A stretch of DNA of 64,000 bases from an uncultured Thiotrichales bacterium (GTDB taxonomy: Bacteria; Pseudomonadota; Gammaproteobacteria; UBA4575), in assembly GCA_964614915.1 (NCBI GenBank), contig CAZTNC010000015.1, forward strand, positions 19,096 through 83,095. Reading direction: 5' to 3'. The notes below the pieces were generated by a model, which saw only the letters and a list, made by a program, of their open reading frames with translations, made no database searches and was not told the origin of the DNA. Within the stretch, counting starts at the first letter, position 1, and the number at the start of each line of letters is the position of its first letter. This document shows, piece by piece, positions 10,280 to 17,930 of the stretch. A program made the position numbers and the translations under genes.

Positions 10280-10358
10280 AGTGTTATGTTAATTCGTAAT
10301 GTAACACCTTACAGTGCAGGTTAAAAACAAACCAGTCGTCCTGAGTCTCTACGAAATC

Positions 10359-11246
10359 ATGGATCGATACAAGACCAAGGAAGACGCCATTTGCTACTTT
10401 GAAAAAATGCGATGGGGTGACAAGCCCGTATGCGTCAAGTGTGGTTGTACAGGCAGGATTACGGCACAGAAGAAAGTCGGTGATTACTGGTGTGGAGACT
10501 GCCGGAGTTACTTTAATGCTTTCACTGGCACTCCACTAGAACGCAACAAGGTAGACCCTCGCAAGTGGATTTACGCCACCTACACCCTGATGACTTCACG
10601 GAAAGGTATTTCCAGCCTTCAACTGTCCAAAGAAATTGGTGTGCAGCAGCGCACTGCCTGGTACATGCTGCACCGGCTGCGTCTGGCCTGCGGCGACAAT
10701 ATGGAAGCCTTGCACGGTGAAGTTGAAATGGATGCAACATACATCGGTGGACTTGAAAGGAACAAGCACGCTGACAAAAGGTTGAAGTCCGGCAGAGGTA
10801 CGGTAGGTAAACAGGCTGTGCTCGGTATGAAACAGCGCGAAGGACGGGTAAAGGCCATATCGGTTGAGGGTGAAGACAAGGCAACTATTCACAGTGCTGT
10901 TCTTGCAAATATTGAAGTGGGTACGACTATCTATACAGATGATCATAGGGGCTACAAGAATATCGGCGGGACTATATACAAACATCAAACCGTCAAGCAT
11001 TCGGCAAAGGAATACGTGAATGGCATGGCTCATACCAACAGCGTCGAGTCTGTATGGTCAGTGCTCAAACGCGGCTTCAATGGTGTCTATCACAATTGGA
11101 GCAAAAAGCATTGCCAACAGTACGTGAACGAATTTACCTTTCGGCTGAATGAAGGGAATTGTGATCGAGACACCCAGGACCGGCTCGACGATCTGTTCAA
11201 GGCGATGTCGGGTAAAACGATAACTTATAGAGCGCTGACTTCTTGA
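10359..11246 (+). CDS. IS1595 family transposase (N-terminal zinc ribbon plus DDE_Tnp_IS1595)
   Basis: CVKCGC...CGDC zinc ribbon; IYTDDHRGY, HTNSVESVWSVLKR and YVNEFTFRLN motifs characteristic of IS1595/ISXO2-like transposases; ORF open from 10314, ATG at 10359. Confidence 0.85.
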   Translation: MDRYKTKEDAICYFEKMRWGDKPVCVKCGCTGRITAQKKVGDYWCGDCRSYFNAFTGTPLERNKVDPRKWIYATYTLMTSRKGISSLQLSKEIGVQQRTAWYMLHRLRLACGDNMEALHGEVEMDATYIGGLERNKHADKRLKSGRGTVGKQAVLGMKQREGRVKAISVEGEDKATIHSAVLANIEVGTTIYTDDHRGYKNIGGTIYKHQTVKHSAKEYVNGMAHTNSVESVWSVLKRGFNGVYHNWSKKHCQQYVNEFTFRLNEGNCDRDTQDRLDDLFKAMSGKTITYRALTS

Positions 11247-11279
11247 GCGTAGTCTTGCTGTTATTCAAACAGCGTTCAG

Positions 11280-11813
11280 TTAAGCGGAATTTTCTGCACG
11301 TTTAAAATCTTTTGCAGAAAACCGGTACCAGTTGCGGAACAAATGTTGCCACCACTTTACTGGTTGAAAATCATCTGAGCCAAACCCAAGCGCCTGTGAT
11401 GCGGCATTTCCGCACTCAGCATTAAGAGCGTGATAGATAGCAGGTTCATCCTCATAAACGCTGAGTATTTCTTGACGCCACTTATGTATTTCCTTTTCAT
11501 CAGCTTTATACACGTCGATCATCTTGGCAATTTCATAAAAACGCTTCGCAAGAAATTCATGGTTACGTGCCCTGTCTGCCAGGCCCCACACCATGTTGAT
11601 AGCCCCTATTGTAGTGGGTATAAGCATGATAAACATGGCAACTGCTTTGTTGGCTTCTGCAAGCTGCCACACGGCATAACTGCCTGACAGCAATACTGCT
11701 ACCATCAGCCACCTGTGCCATTTATCAAAAAAAGATCGTCGTGCAGTGTGGTAGCGAGCGCTACGGTCACAATCATGCAGAAAATCTTTTGCTTCCTGTT
11801 GCAGATCAGTCAT
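11280..11813 (-). CDS. two-TM membrane protein with about 100-aa cytoplasmic C-terminal domain (SLATT-like architecture)
   Basis: 177 aa; TM helices at about aa 35-51 and 57-78; start ATG overlaps the stop of the upstream peptide gene (ATGACTGA). Confidence 0.55.
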   Translation of the reverse strand: MTDLQQEAKDFLHDCDRSARYHTARRSFFDKWHRWLMVAVLLSGSYAVWQLAEANKAVAMFIMLIPTTIGAINMVWGLADRARNHEFLAKRFYEIAKMIDVYKADEKEIHKWRQEILSVYEDEPAIYHALNAECGNAASQALGFGSDDFQPVKWWQHLFRNWYRFSAKDFKRAENSA

Positions 11814-11949
11814 TTTTTCTCGGCGGTGTTACATCTCTTGGAGGTTCGTTAGAGTGAGTCTTATCTGGCGAATCATGTGCAGGTATATCTTTAGGTGGCG
11901 GCGGCGGCGGTTGGCGAACAGGTTGCGGCTCTTTTCTATCCTTTGACAT
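11806..11949 (-). CDS. proline-rich small protein (46 aa, MSKDRKEPQPVRQPPPPPPKD...)
   Basis: not in the supplied ORF track (<60 aa); AAGGAG Shine-Dalgarno 6 nt upstream of the ATG at 11949; stop overlaps the start of the downstream 2-TM gene. Confidence 0.35.
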   Translation of the reverse strand: MSKDRKEPQPVRQPPPPPPKDIPAHDSPDKTHSNEPPRDVTPPRKND

Positions 11950-11994
11950 GGTCATCTCCTTAAAAATACTAAGTTTAGTTTAACATTTTTTTAA

Positions 11995-12996
11995 TTATTC
12001 ATGAGGTAGAGGACAATCTATGCAGCCTCCTGGAGGTGGTGTAGCACCTGAATTGGAATTCTTGAAAGCGGCAGTTGACCCATAAAAAGCCCCGACAAAA
12101 CTTACAGGGCCTACATTGGTTATTGTCGCAGAACCTCCATGGGTTCCTGCCACCATGCGAGGGTTGCCATCAGAATCATCTTCAGACGAGAATCGACCAC
12201 CCCAACGTCCTCCCATATTGGCAACACCCAGTTGCGGATTCTGAAGCACCACCTCGCTTCCAGTAAACGAGCCGTCAGCATTGATGCTGGCGTCAATTAG
12301 CTGGAGTACGAATGGAGTCAGCACGTACCGGCCTCCCTGTAGCAATTCTATGTTCGTAATATCCCCGTCAACGGTCATGGCCCCGGTACTGAAGTCTGCT
12401 TCAAGAAACAGGCTGCCCCGGTACTCTCCCGTAGCCGAACCAAGTACGTAGGTGCCACCTGTAATCCCGTTGTAATCGACTTCACCTACGTTTACGGGAA
12501 TTGTCGGCTGTGTAGACGTTGAAAATTCTTCGCCGTCCACAAAAGCCCCGATTTCCACGCTTCCACCCGATGATCTGTAGGACCAGTACCCACCCGCCAG
12601 GTAGTCCGTAGCATCACCCGAATTCCAGTCCACCAACACACCGGCTCTAACGTTGCTTCCAACCAAAGTACCTGTCTGGGACATTCTTCCCGTAACTGAA
12701 CTGGTTTCAGGATTCTGGATGATGGAAGAACCGCTCGTATTCAATGTAAATGAACTACCTCCTGCACGGGCTACCGTGACTTCAAAACTTGATCCGGGTG
12801 TGAAACGTGTACTGATGGTGTCCGAAGCTACTGCCTGGATAATACTTGTCCCAAACACCGGTGGTGACATGGCGGCTCGTTCTGCGGCATCACTGTAGGA
12901 TACGGGTGGGTTGACAGGGGCAGGATCGCTTCCGCCTCCACCTCCGCCTCCACAGGCGGACAGCAGCACTAAGGCTGCACATAGAATTCTTCGCAT
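11995..12996 (-). CDS. surface-lipoprotein-like protein with fHbp/TbpB-type C-terminal beta-barrel signature
   Basis: lipobox LLSAC followed by a GGGGGGGS tether; G-YRG-LF-EADF-TG-M-VDGDI resembles the G.YRG..F...A.F.DF...G.I motif of neisserial fHbp/TbpB barrels; ATG at 12996 with a GAGG Shine-Dalgarno (ORF open from GTG 13035). Confidence 0.6.
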   Translation of the reverse strand: MRRILCAALVLLSACGGGGGGGSDPAPVNPPVSYSDAAERAAMSPPVFGTSIIQAVASDTISTRFTPGSSFEVTVARAGGSSFTLNTSGSSIIQNPETSSVTGRMSQTGTLVGSNVRAGVLVDWNSGDATDYLAGGYWSYRSSGGSVEIGAFVDGEEFSTSTQPTIPVNVGEVDYNGITGGTYVLGSATGEYRGSLFLEADFSTGAMTVDGDITNIELLQGGRYVLTPFVLQLIDASINADGSFTGSEVVLQNPQLGVANMGGRWGGRFSSEDDSDGNPRMVAGTHGGSATITNVGPVSFVGAFYGSTAAFKNSNSGATPPPGGCIDCPLPHE

Positions 12997-13182
12997 GGTT
13001 GCCTCGCGTAAAGTGACGTTTTTTACTTCCGACACAAGGGTGCCGGGCCATTGTCACTGTACGCAAGTATGCGGATAGTTCCTGCCTATTCGCCGTGTGT
13101 CAGATAGCTACTTCTGACACATATATTCGGCTGTTGTATTCAGTAGGTAACCCGACTCTGGATTACTCACGCACAGTGACAG

Positions 13183-13191
13183 TGTTATAAT
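13183..13191 (+). promoter_or_regulatory. extended -10 promoter TGTTATAAT for the small two-gene cassette
   Basis: TGnTATAAT about 30 bp upstream of the AAGGA Shine-Dalgarno and ATG at 13223. Confidence 0.45.
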
Positions 13192-13222
13192 AGGCTTACA
13201 GATTAATCTGCACAAGGACCAA

Positions 13223-13386
13223 TGGATAAGATTCAGGAAAAGATAGACAAGGTTGCTAAAACCTTGTTAAACATGCCTGCTCCACAAGAGCACAAACGCA
13301 CGATTCCCACCAAGAAAGACCTTGAACGCAAGTTTGTCATGCGGGTTGACCGCAAAGGCAAACCATCTGTACGTGAGATCAAATGA
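13223..13386 (+). CDS. hypothetical hydrophilic small protein (54 aa)
   Basis: not in the ORF track (<60 aa); good Shine-Dalgarno; stop overlaps the start of the next gene (ATGA). Confidence 0.35.
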
Positions 13387-13580
13387 TGATTGTAGAATTT
13401 TTAACAATGATCACGGCTGCTGCTGTGATTGTAGGGATGCTTGTAAAATTATATTTTAAAATTGATCGATTAGAAAAAAGACTAGATAAGCTAGGTATTA
13501 CCAAAGTCACATACAGTAAATACCCTGCAGACATTGATCATATGGAAGACGGAGAAATCTGGGTGCAATACGAAAAATAG
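13383..13580 (+). CDS. hypothetical small membrane protein (65 aa, one N-terminal TM helix)
   Basis: translationally coupled to the ORF at 13223-13386. Confidence 0.4.
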   Translation: MMIVEFLTMITAAAVIVGMLVKLYFKIDRLEKRLDKLGITKVTYSKYPADIDHMEDGEIWVQYEK

Positions 13581-13694
13581 CGTTTAAGTTTAAATATTAT
13601 TTTTCACGTATCTTCTGCTTGAATCTCATCATATAAGAACTAAAACTTGGCTAAGGTATCCCCTGTACCCTGCCAAGTTAACTACATAAGTCCC

Positions 13695-13703
13695 TAAATT
13701 TTG
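13695..13703. repeat. right copy of the 9-bp direct repeat TAAATTTTG flanking the AT-rich island
   Basis: exact match to 9815-9823; followed by the hairpin CCGGGC-N9-GCCCGG. Confidence 0.3.
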
Positions 13704-13776
13704 TACCGGGCGGTGATGCTGCCCGGAATCGAACACCAGCAAGATTTTCGTTCCACCGTGTATTTTGGGAGAGACT

Positions 13777-14961
13777 ATGATTAAGCCTCACGGAGCCGAT
13801 GCCTTAAAGCCTTTGTACGTCAGTGATGAGGTGCAGCGCAAGCAGTTCGTACAGGAGGCGGAACACCTGCCCTCCGTACTGTTGAACTCGGCAGCTTCCT
13901 GCAACGTCGTAATGCTCGGAGCCGGCTACTTCACGCCACTTTCCGGGTTCATGAATATCCAGGACTCGATCTCGGTCGCCAATACCATGCATACATGTGA
14001 CGGGCTGTTCTGGCCCGTCCCGATCATGAACCTTGTACAGGACGCATCTTCCATAGAACCCGGCATGCGCATTGCGCTGAAAGACCCGAATATGGATGGG
14101 TTCCCCGTGATTGCGATCCAGGAGGTTGAAGCCGTTGAAGAACTCGGTGAAGACCAGATGGCCACCATCGTGGAGAAAACGTACCGCACCACGGATCAGG
14201 ACCACCCTGGTGTGGCAACCATCATGGCATCGGGGAGGACAGTGATCTCAGGCCCTATCCAGGTGCTCAATTACAGCTATTTCCAGGATGAGTTCCCGGA
14301 AACGTTCCGTACCGCAGTCGAAATCCGTGATGAAATCACCGAGCGAGGCTGGCATACCGTGGTGGGATTCCAGACCCGCAATCCGATGCATCGTGCCCAT
14401 GAAGAGCTGTGCAAGATGGCGCAGCAGGCCACGGGCGCGGACGGTATCCTGGTCCACATGCTGCTGGGGAAGCTGAAACCCGGAGACATCCCAGCCCCCG
14501 TTCGGGATGCCGCGATTCGCAAAATGGTCGAGCTCTATTTCCCGCCCAACAGCGTCATGATTACAGGCTACGGATTCGACATGCTGTATGCCGGCCCGCG
14601 TGAAGCTGTCCTGCATGCGGTCTTTCGCCAGAACTGTGGCTGTACGCATTTCATCATCGGCCGCGACCATGCCGGAGTGGGCGACTACTACGGGGCGTTT
14701 GATGCCCAGGAAATTTTCGATGAGGAAGTGCCCCCGGACGCGCTGGAGATCGAGATCTTTCGTGCCGACCACACGGCCTATTCCAAAAAGCTGAACCAGG
14801 TCGTCATGATGCGTGATGCACCTGACCACCAAAAAGAGGACTTTGTTCTGTTGTCCGGCACGAAGGTCCGTGCCATGCTGGCGGCCGGCGAATCCCTGCC
14901 GAAAGAATTTGCCAGACCGGAAGTCGCCGAAATCCTGATGGATTTCTACCAGAGCGCATAA
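13777..14961 (+). CDS. sat: sulfate adenylyltransferase (ATP sulfurylase, dissimilatory-type Sat)
   Basis: QTRN and GRDHAG motifs; full-length match to homo-oligomeric ATP sulfurylases of sulfur oxidisers; ATG at 13777 after GGGAGAG. Confidence 0.9.
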   Translation: MIKPHGADALKPLYVSDEVQRKQFVQEAEHLPSVLLNSAASCNVVMLGAGYFTPLSGFMNIQDSISVANTMHTCDGLFWPVPIMNLVQDASSIEPGMRIALKDPNMDGFPVIAIQEVEAVEELGEDQMATIVEKTYRTTDQDHPGVATIMASGRTVISGPIQVLNYSYFQDEFPETFRTAVEIRDEITERGWHTVVGFQTRNPMHRAHEELCKMAQQATGADGILVHMLLGKLKPGDIPAPVRDAAIRKMVELYFPPNSVMITGYGFDMLYAGPREAVLHAVFRQNCGCTHFIIGRDHAGVGDYYGAFDAQEIFDEEVPPDALEIEIFRADHTAYSKKLNQVVMMRDAPDHQKEDFVLLSGTKVRAMLAAGESLPKEFARPEVAEILMDFYQSA

Positions 14962-15005
14962 GCTGCTGCGCACCGCCTGCAGACCACGGCGACGTCTGCA
15001 CGCAC

Positions 15006-15839
15006 CTAGTTTCCAGGCGGCATCTCGTCCATGAGCAAGCCGGGATCGAGGCGCTGCTGATGCCAGTTCATCCTCCAGTCCAGATGAGGGCCGGTGACCC
15101 GGCCTGTGGCGCCCACCAGGGCAATGGGCTGCCCCTGCTCCACGTACTCATCCACCTCGACCAGAATCTCCTGCAGGTGCAAAAAGGACGATGACAGGTT
15201 CTGGCCGTGGTCCACAACTAGCGTGCCTCCTGAAAAATACATGTCCTCGGCGTAAGTCACTCGCCCGGAGGCAGGTGCGAGAACCCGTGTCCCGACGGGT
15301 GCGGCAATATCAATACCATAATGGGGCTGGCGCGGCTGGCCGTTGAGAATTCGCTGGCTGCCGTAAATACCCGAAATTCGCCCCCGTACAGGCCATATGA
15401 AGCCTGCTTTGAAATCCATGCGATCCTCATCGAGGCTTCGCGCAGCTGCAATTTCTGCACTTTCCCTGCGAACCCGGCGCATGATCTGTGGCCCCGGATT
15501 CACCTGGGCGTCTGGCAATCCATCGATGCGCTGGATGTCATACTCACGTCCTGCGATCTCAAACGTGTGCGAGCGCACAGCTCCTTCTTTCGTCTGAACG
15601 GTGACGGTTGCCTGGGGAGGGTAGTCCCGGCCAAACCCGAGAATGAATTCGCCGCTCGAGGAAACACGCACGGGACGCCCGTTCGTCCATACCTTCGAGT
15701 TCGGGCTCACTTGCCCAAAAGCCAGTCCACCCTGAATCAGGTTGCCAGTCAGTGAAAGATTTCCCGGTCCGGCATTTGCGAGCAGGAAAATTGTCAACCC
15801 GGCCCACGCGAGCGCAATCCTGGCACAGGCATGCATCAT
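15006..15839 (-). CDS. M23 family metallopeptidase (LytM domain)
   Basis: HYGIDIAAPVGTRV...VDHGQNLSSSFLHL matches the HxxxD / HxH LytM signature; signal peptide from the ATG at 15839. Confidence 0.75.
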   Translation of the reverse strand: MMHACARIALAWAGLTIFLLANAGPGNLSLTGNLIQGGLAFGQVSPNSKVWTNGRPVRVSSSGEFILGFGRDYPPQATVTVQTKEGAVRSHTFEIAGREYDIQRIDGLPDAQVNPGPQIMRRVRRESAEIAAARSLDEDRMDFKAGFIWPVRGRISGIYGSQRILNGQPRQPHYGIDIAAPVGTRVLAPASGRVTYAEDMYFSGGTLVVDHGQNLSSSFLHLQEILVEVDEYVEQGQPIALVGATGRVTGPHLDWRMNWHQQRLDPGLLMDEMPPGN

Positions 15840-15992
15840 CCGGTAATCCAGCACCGAGCCGGTGCCCTGCCCTCTTGCATGGCCTGGTCCTCTAGAAAAT
15901 TTTGTCAATTAATGCCCGACAGACGGGCTGCCCGGTCTTTCAACCGGGCAGAATACTGGCGATTGCCAGAAAATCAGATAGCGAGTGCGCCC

Positions 15993-16694
15993 TCAGGCGG
16001 GTCCGTACTGAAACGCCGAGGACAGCCCGGCCTTGCCGGATTCGTACCAGTCAACGCCGTTGTCATGGTAACGAGCCCGCTTGGACATATGCAACGTGAT
16101 CGGGTTATGCGGCGCAACCGCAAGCGGTGTGTGGGCCAGGATGATGTCCTTGCCGTCTTCCCCTTTGATGGGGTGGATATCAATTTCCCCTGCGCCTTCC
16201 ACGACCAGGTGCTTCCTCTCGGGAGTATCCATGATGCTGATGTTGGCCTTCTCAATACTGAGGACCTCGCTGATCAGGCTCGCGATGATGCCCAGGTGGC
16301 CTCCGCCTCCCCCGGTCCACAATGTCTTCAACGCTTCGAACTGCGCATCGTTCGCCTGATTATCAACGTACAGGGCTGCGCGCCAGTTGCCGTTGAGAAG
16401 ATTCCCGGGGGCATGCAGCCAGACCGACACTTTCATGCCGTCCAGGCTGACATCACCGTAGTGACCCTTGTCGATTTTCCAGCCAACGAGAGCCGTGCAT
16501 GAACCCACGGTCGGGTCATTCAGCAAAAGACAGGGGCATACGTTATCGCAGGTACAGGACTCGAAATAGTTGCCCATCACTTTCCAGTCCACTGCGTTTT
16601 CGGTCGAAGCCTGCGAAAGCCCAAGTCCTGTCGACCCCAAGGCCAACGTGCTTCCGGTAGCTTTTAAAAATTTTCTTCTGTTAAAAATTGACAT
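15993..16694 (-). CDS. DUF1326-like protein, Tat-exported paralogue
   Basis: twin-arginine signal MSIFNRRKFLKATGS...SQA; conserved NYFESCTCDNVCPC core; AGGAGA Shine-Dalgarno; family assignment (DUF1326, PF07040) is from memory. Confidence 0.65.
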   Translation of the reverse strand: MSIFNRRKFLKATGSTLALGSTGLGLSQASTENAVDWKVMGNYFESCTCDNVCPCLLLNDPTVGSCTALVGWKIDKGHYGDVSLDGMKVSVWLHAPGNLLNGNWRAALYVDNQANDAQFEALKTLWTGGGGGHLGIIASLISEVLSIEKANISIMDTPERKHLVVEGAGEIDIHPIKGEDGKDIILAHTPLAVAPHNPITLHMSKRARYHDNGVDWYESGKAGLSSAFQYGPA

Positions 16695-17069
16695 GCTAGT
16701 TTCTCCTGCCATCTCATCTGACATCGCTCCGGTTCGCATGAGCCAAACCGGTCGTCTCAAAAAATAGTCTATCGCATACTATAGCCCAAAATGGCTACTC
16801 TTTAAACATGCCTGTTCGTTTCCGGACCTGCTCGACACCGCATTCCTGGCAGGATCTCGGAATATGAACCGGATCAACAGGTTAGACGGTTCTCCTGTCT
16901 ATCTCCAAATGAGTGGGGCGCTGCCTTGCCAAAAACGGCAGCGGAAGAGAAATGGACGGGGCCCGAGTGGGCCGCGGCATGCCATTCGTGCCGCCTGCGC
17001 ACTGGAACCCGAGCCTGCGAAGGCCCGGATTTCAATGCATGTGCTGTTTATTAGGAGCCTGGACCTGGC

Positions 17070-17678
17070 TTAGCCGGGCCCGTACTGAAATGGTGACGCC
17101 AGACCGGCTTTGCCGGATTCATTCCAGTCGATACCATTATCGCTGTACTGTGCAATCTTGGACTCATGCAGGGTGACCGCATTTCCCGGAGCCACTGCAA
17201 GCGGCATGCCGGATACCATGACAGGCTTGCCCTCTTCTCCTTCCATTGCAACGATCTCGTTTTCCCCGATCCCCTCAATCACCAGGTGCTTCCTTTCCGG
17301 CGTGCTCTCAAAGCTGATGTTTGCTTTCTTGACGCTCAGAACATCGCTGACCAGGCCTGCAATCACCGCCAGGTGACCACCGCCTTCGCCACTCCACAAG
17401 GCGCCGATAGCATCGAACTGTGCATCATCTGCACTCTCATCTACGTACAGCGCCAAACGCCAGTTGCCTGCCGTGAGGTTGCCCGGCGCATGCAGCCAGA
17501 CTGCAACCTTGATTCCGTCCAGACTGACATCGCCATAATGTCCCTTCTCGATGCTCCAGCCGACGAGAGCCGTACATGTACCCACGGTCGGATCTTTCAA
17601 TAATAGACATGGGCATAAATTGTCACAGGTGCAAGACTCGAAATAGTTGCCTTCCACACTCCAGTCTGTCGTCGCCAT
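17070..17678 (-). CDS. DUF1326-like protein, cytoplasmic paralogue
   Basis: about 65% identical to the upstream paralogue, same Cys motif, no signal peptide; GGGAGG Shine-Dalgarno before the ATG at 17678. Confidence 0.65.
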   Translation of the reverse strand: MATTDWSVEGNYFESCTCDNLCPCLLLKDPTVGTCTALVGWSIEKGHYGDVSLDGIKVAVWLHAPGNLTAGNWRLALYVDESADDAQFDAIGALWSGEGGGHLAVIAGLVSDVLSVKKANISFESTPERKHLVIEGIGENEIVAMEGEEGKPVMVSGMPLAVAPGNAVTLHESKIAQYSDNGIDWNESGKAGLASPFQYGPG

Positions 17679-17930
17679 AGCGTCACCTCCCGGCCTTCTG
17701 GATAAATACGAAGCCTGCCAGCAACGCTGGCAGAACTGTGTTTGAGTATAGCCTAAAAAAGTGGGGCTTGAAACACCCCACGGCGGCGGCAATCCTGTGC
17801 TGGACTTTCATGTATACAGGCAATCCAGTATGATCCTGCTGATGATTCTGACTGTTTGTTTGACTCCCGCGACGACACGGTTTGCATGCCCGTAAACCGG
17901 TCATCTGACCGACCCAAGTAAGGCACTCCC

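Larger units (their letters stand above)
10250..11279 (+). mobile_element. IS1595-family insertion sequence; ends not defined, boundaries approximate
   Basis: encloses a single IS1595-type transposase gene; no clear terminal inverted repeats found by eye. Confidence 0.5.

Noticed and set aside
10213-11290. Terminal inverted repeats and direct repeats of the IS1595 element
   Set aside because: Only weak, gapped similarity (TGAATAAAGCAG versus TGAATAACAGCAAG) was found. It is not convincing enough to define the ends without a reference IS.
13688-13745. tRNA-like fragment (GGAATCGAACACC resembles a T-arm) and hairpin at the right island boundary, as a possible tRNA-derived attachment site
   Set aside because: The stems do not pair as a T-arm. 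There is no acceptor-stem match to either tRNA in the window. Probably just the GC hairpin CCGGGC-N9-GCCCGG in the sat 5' region.
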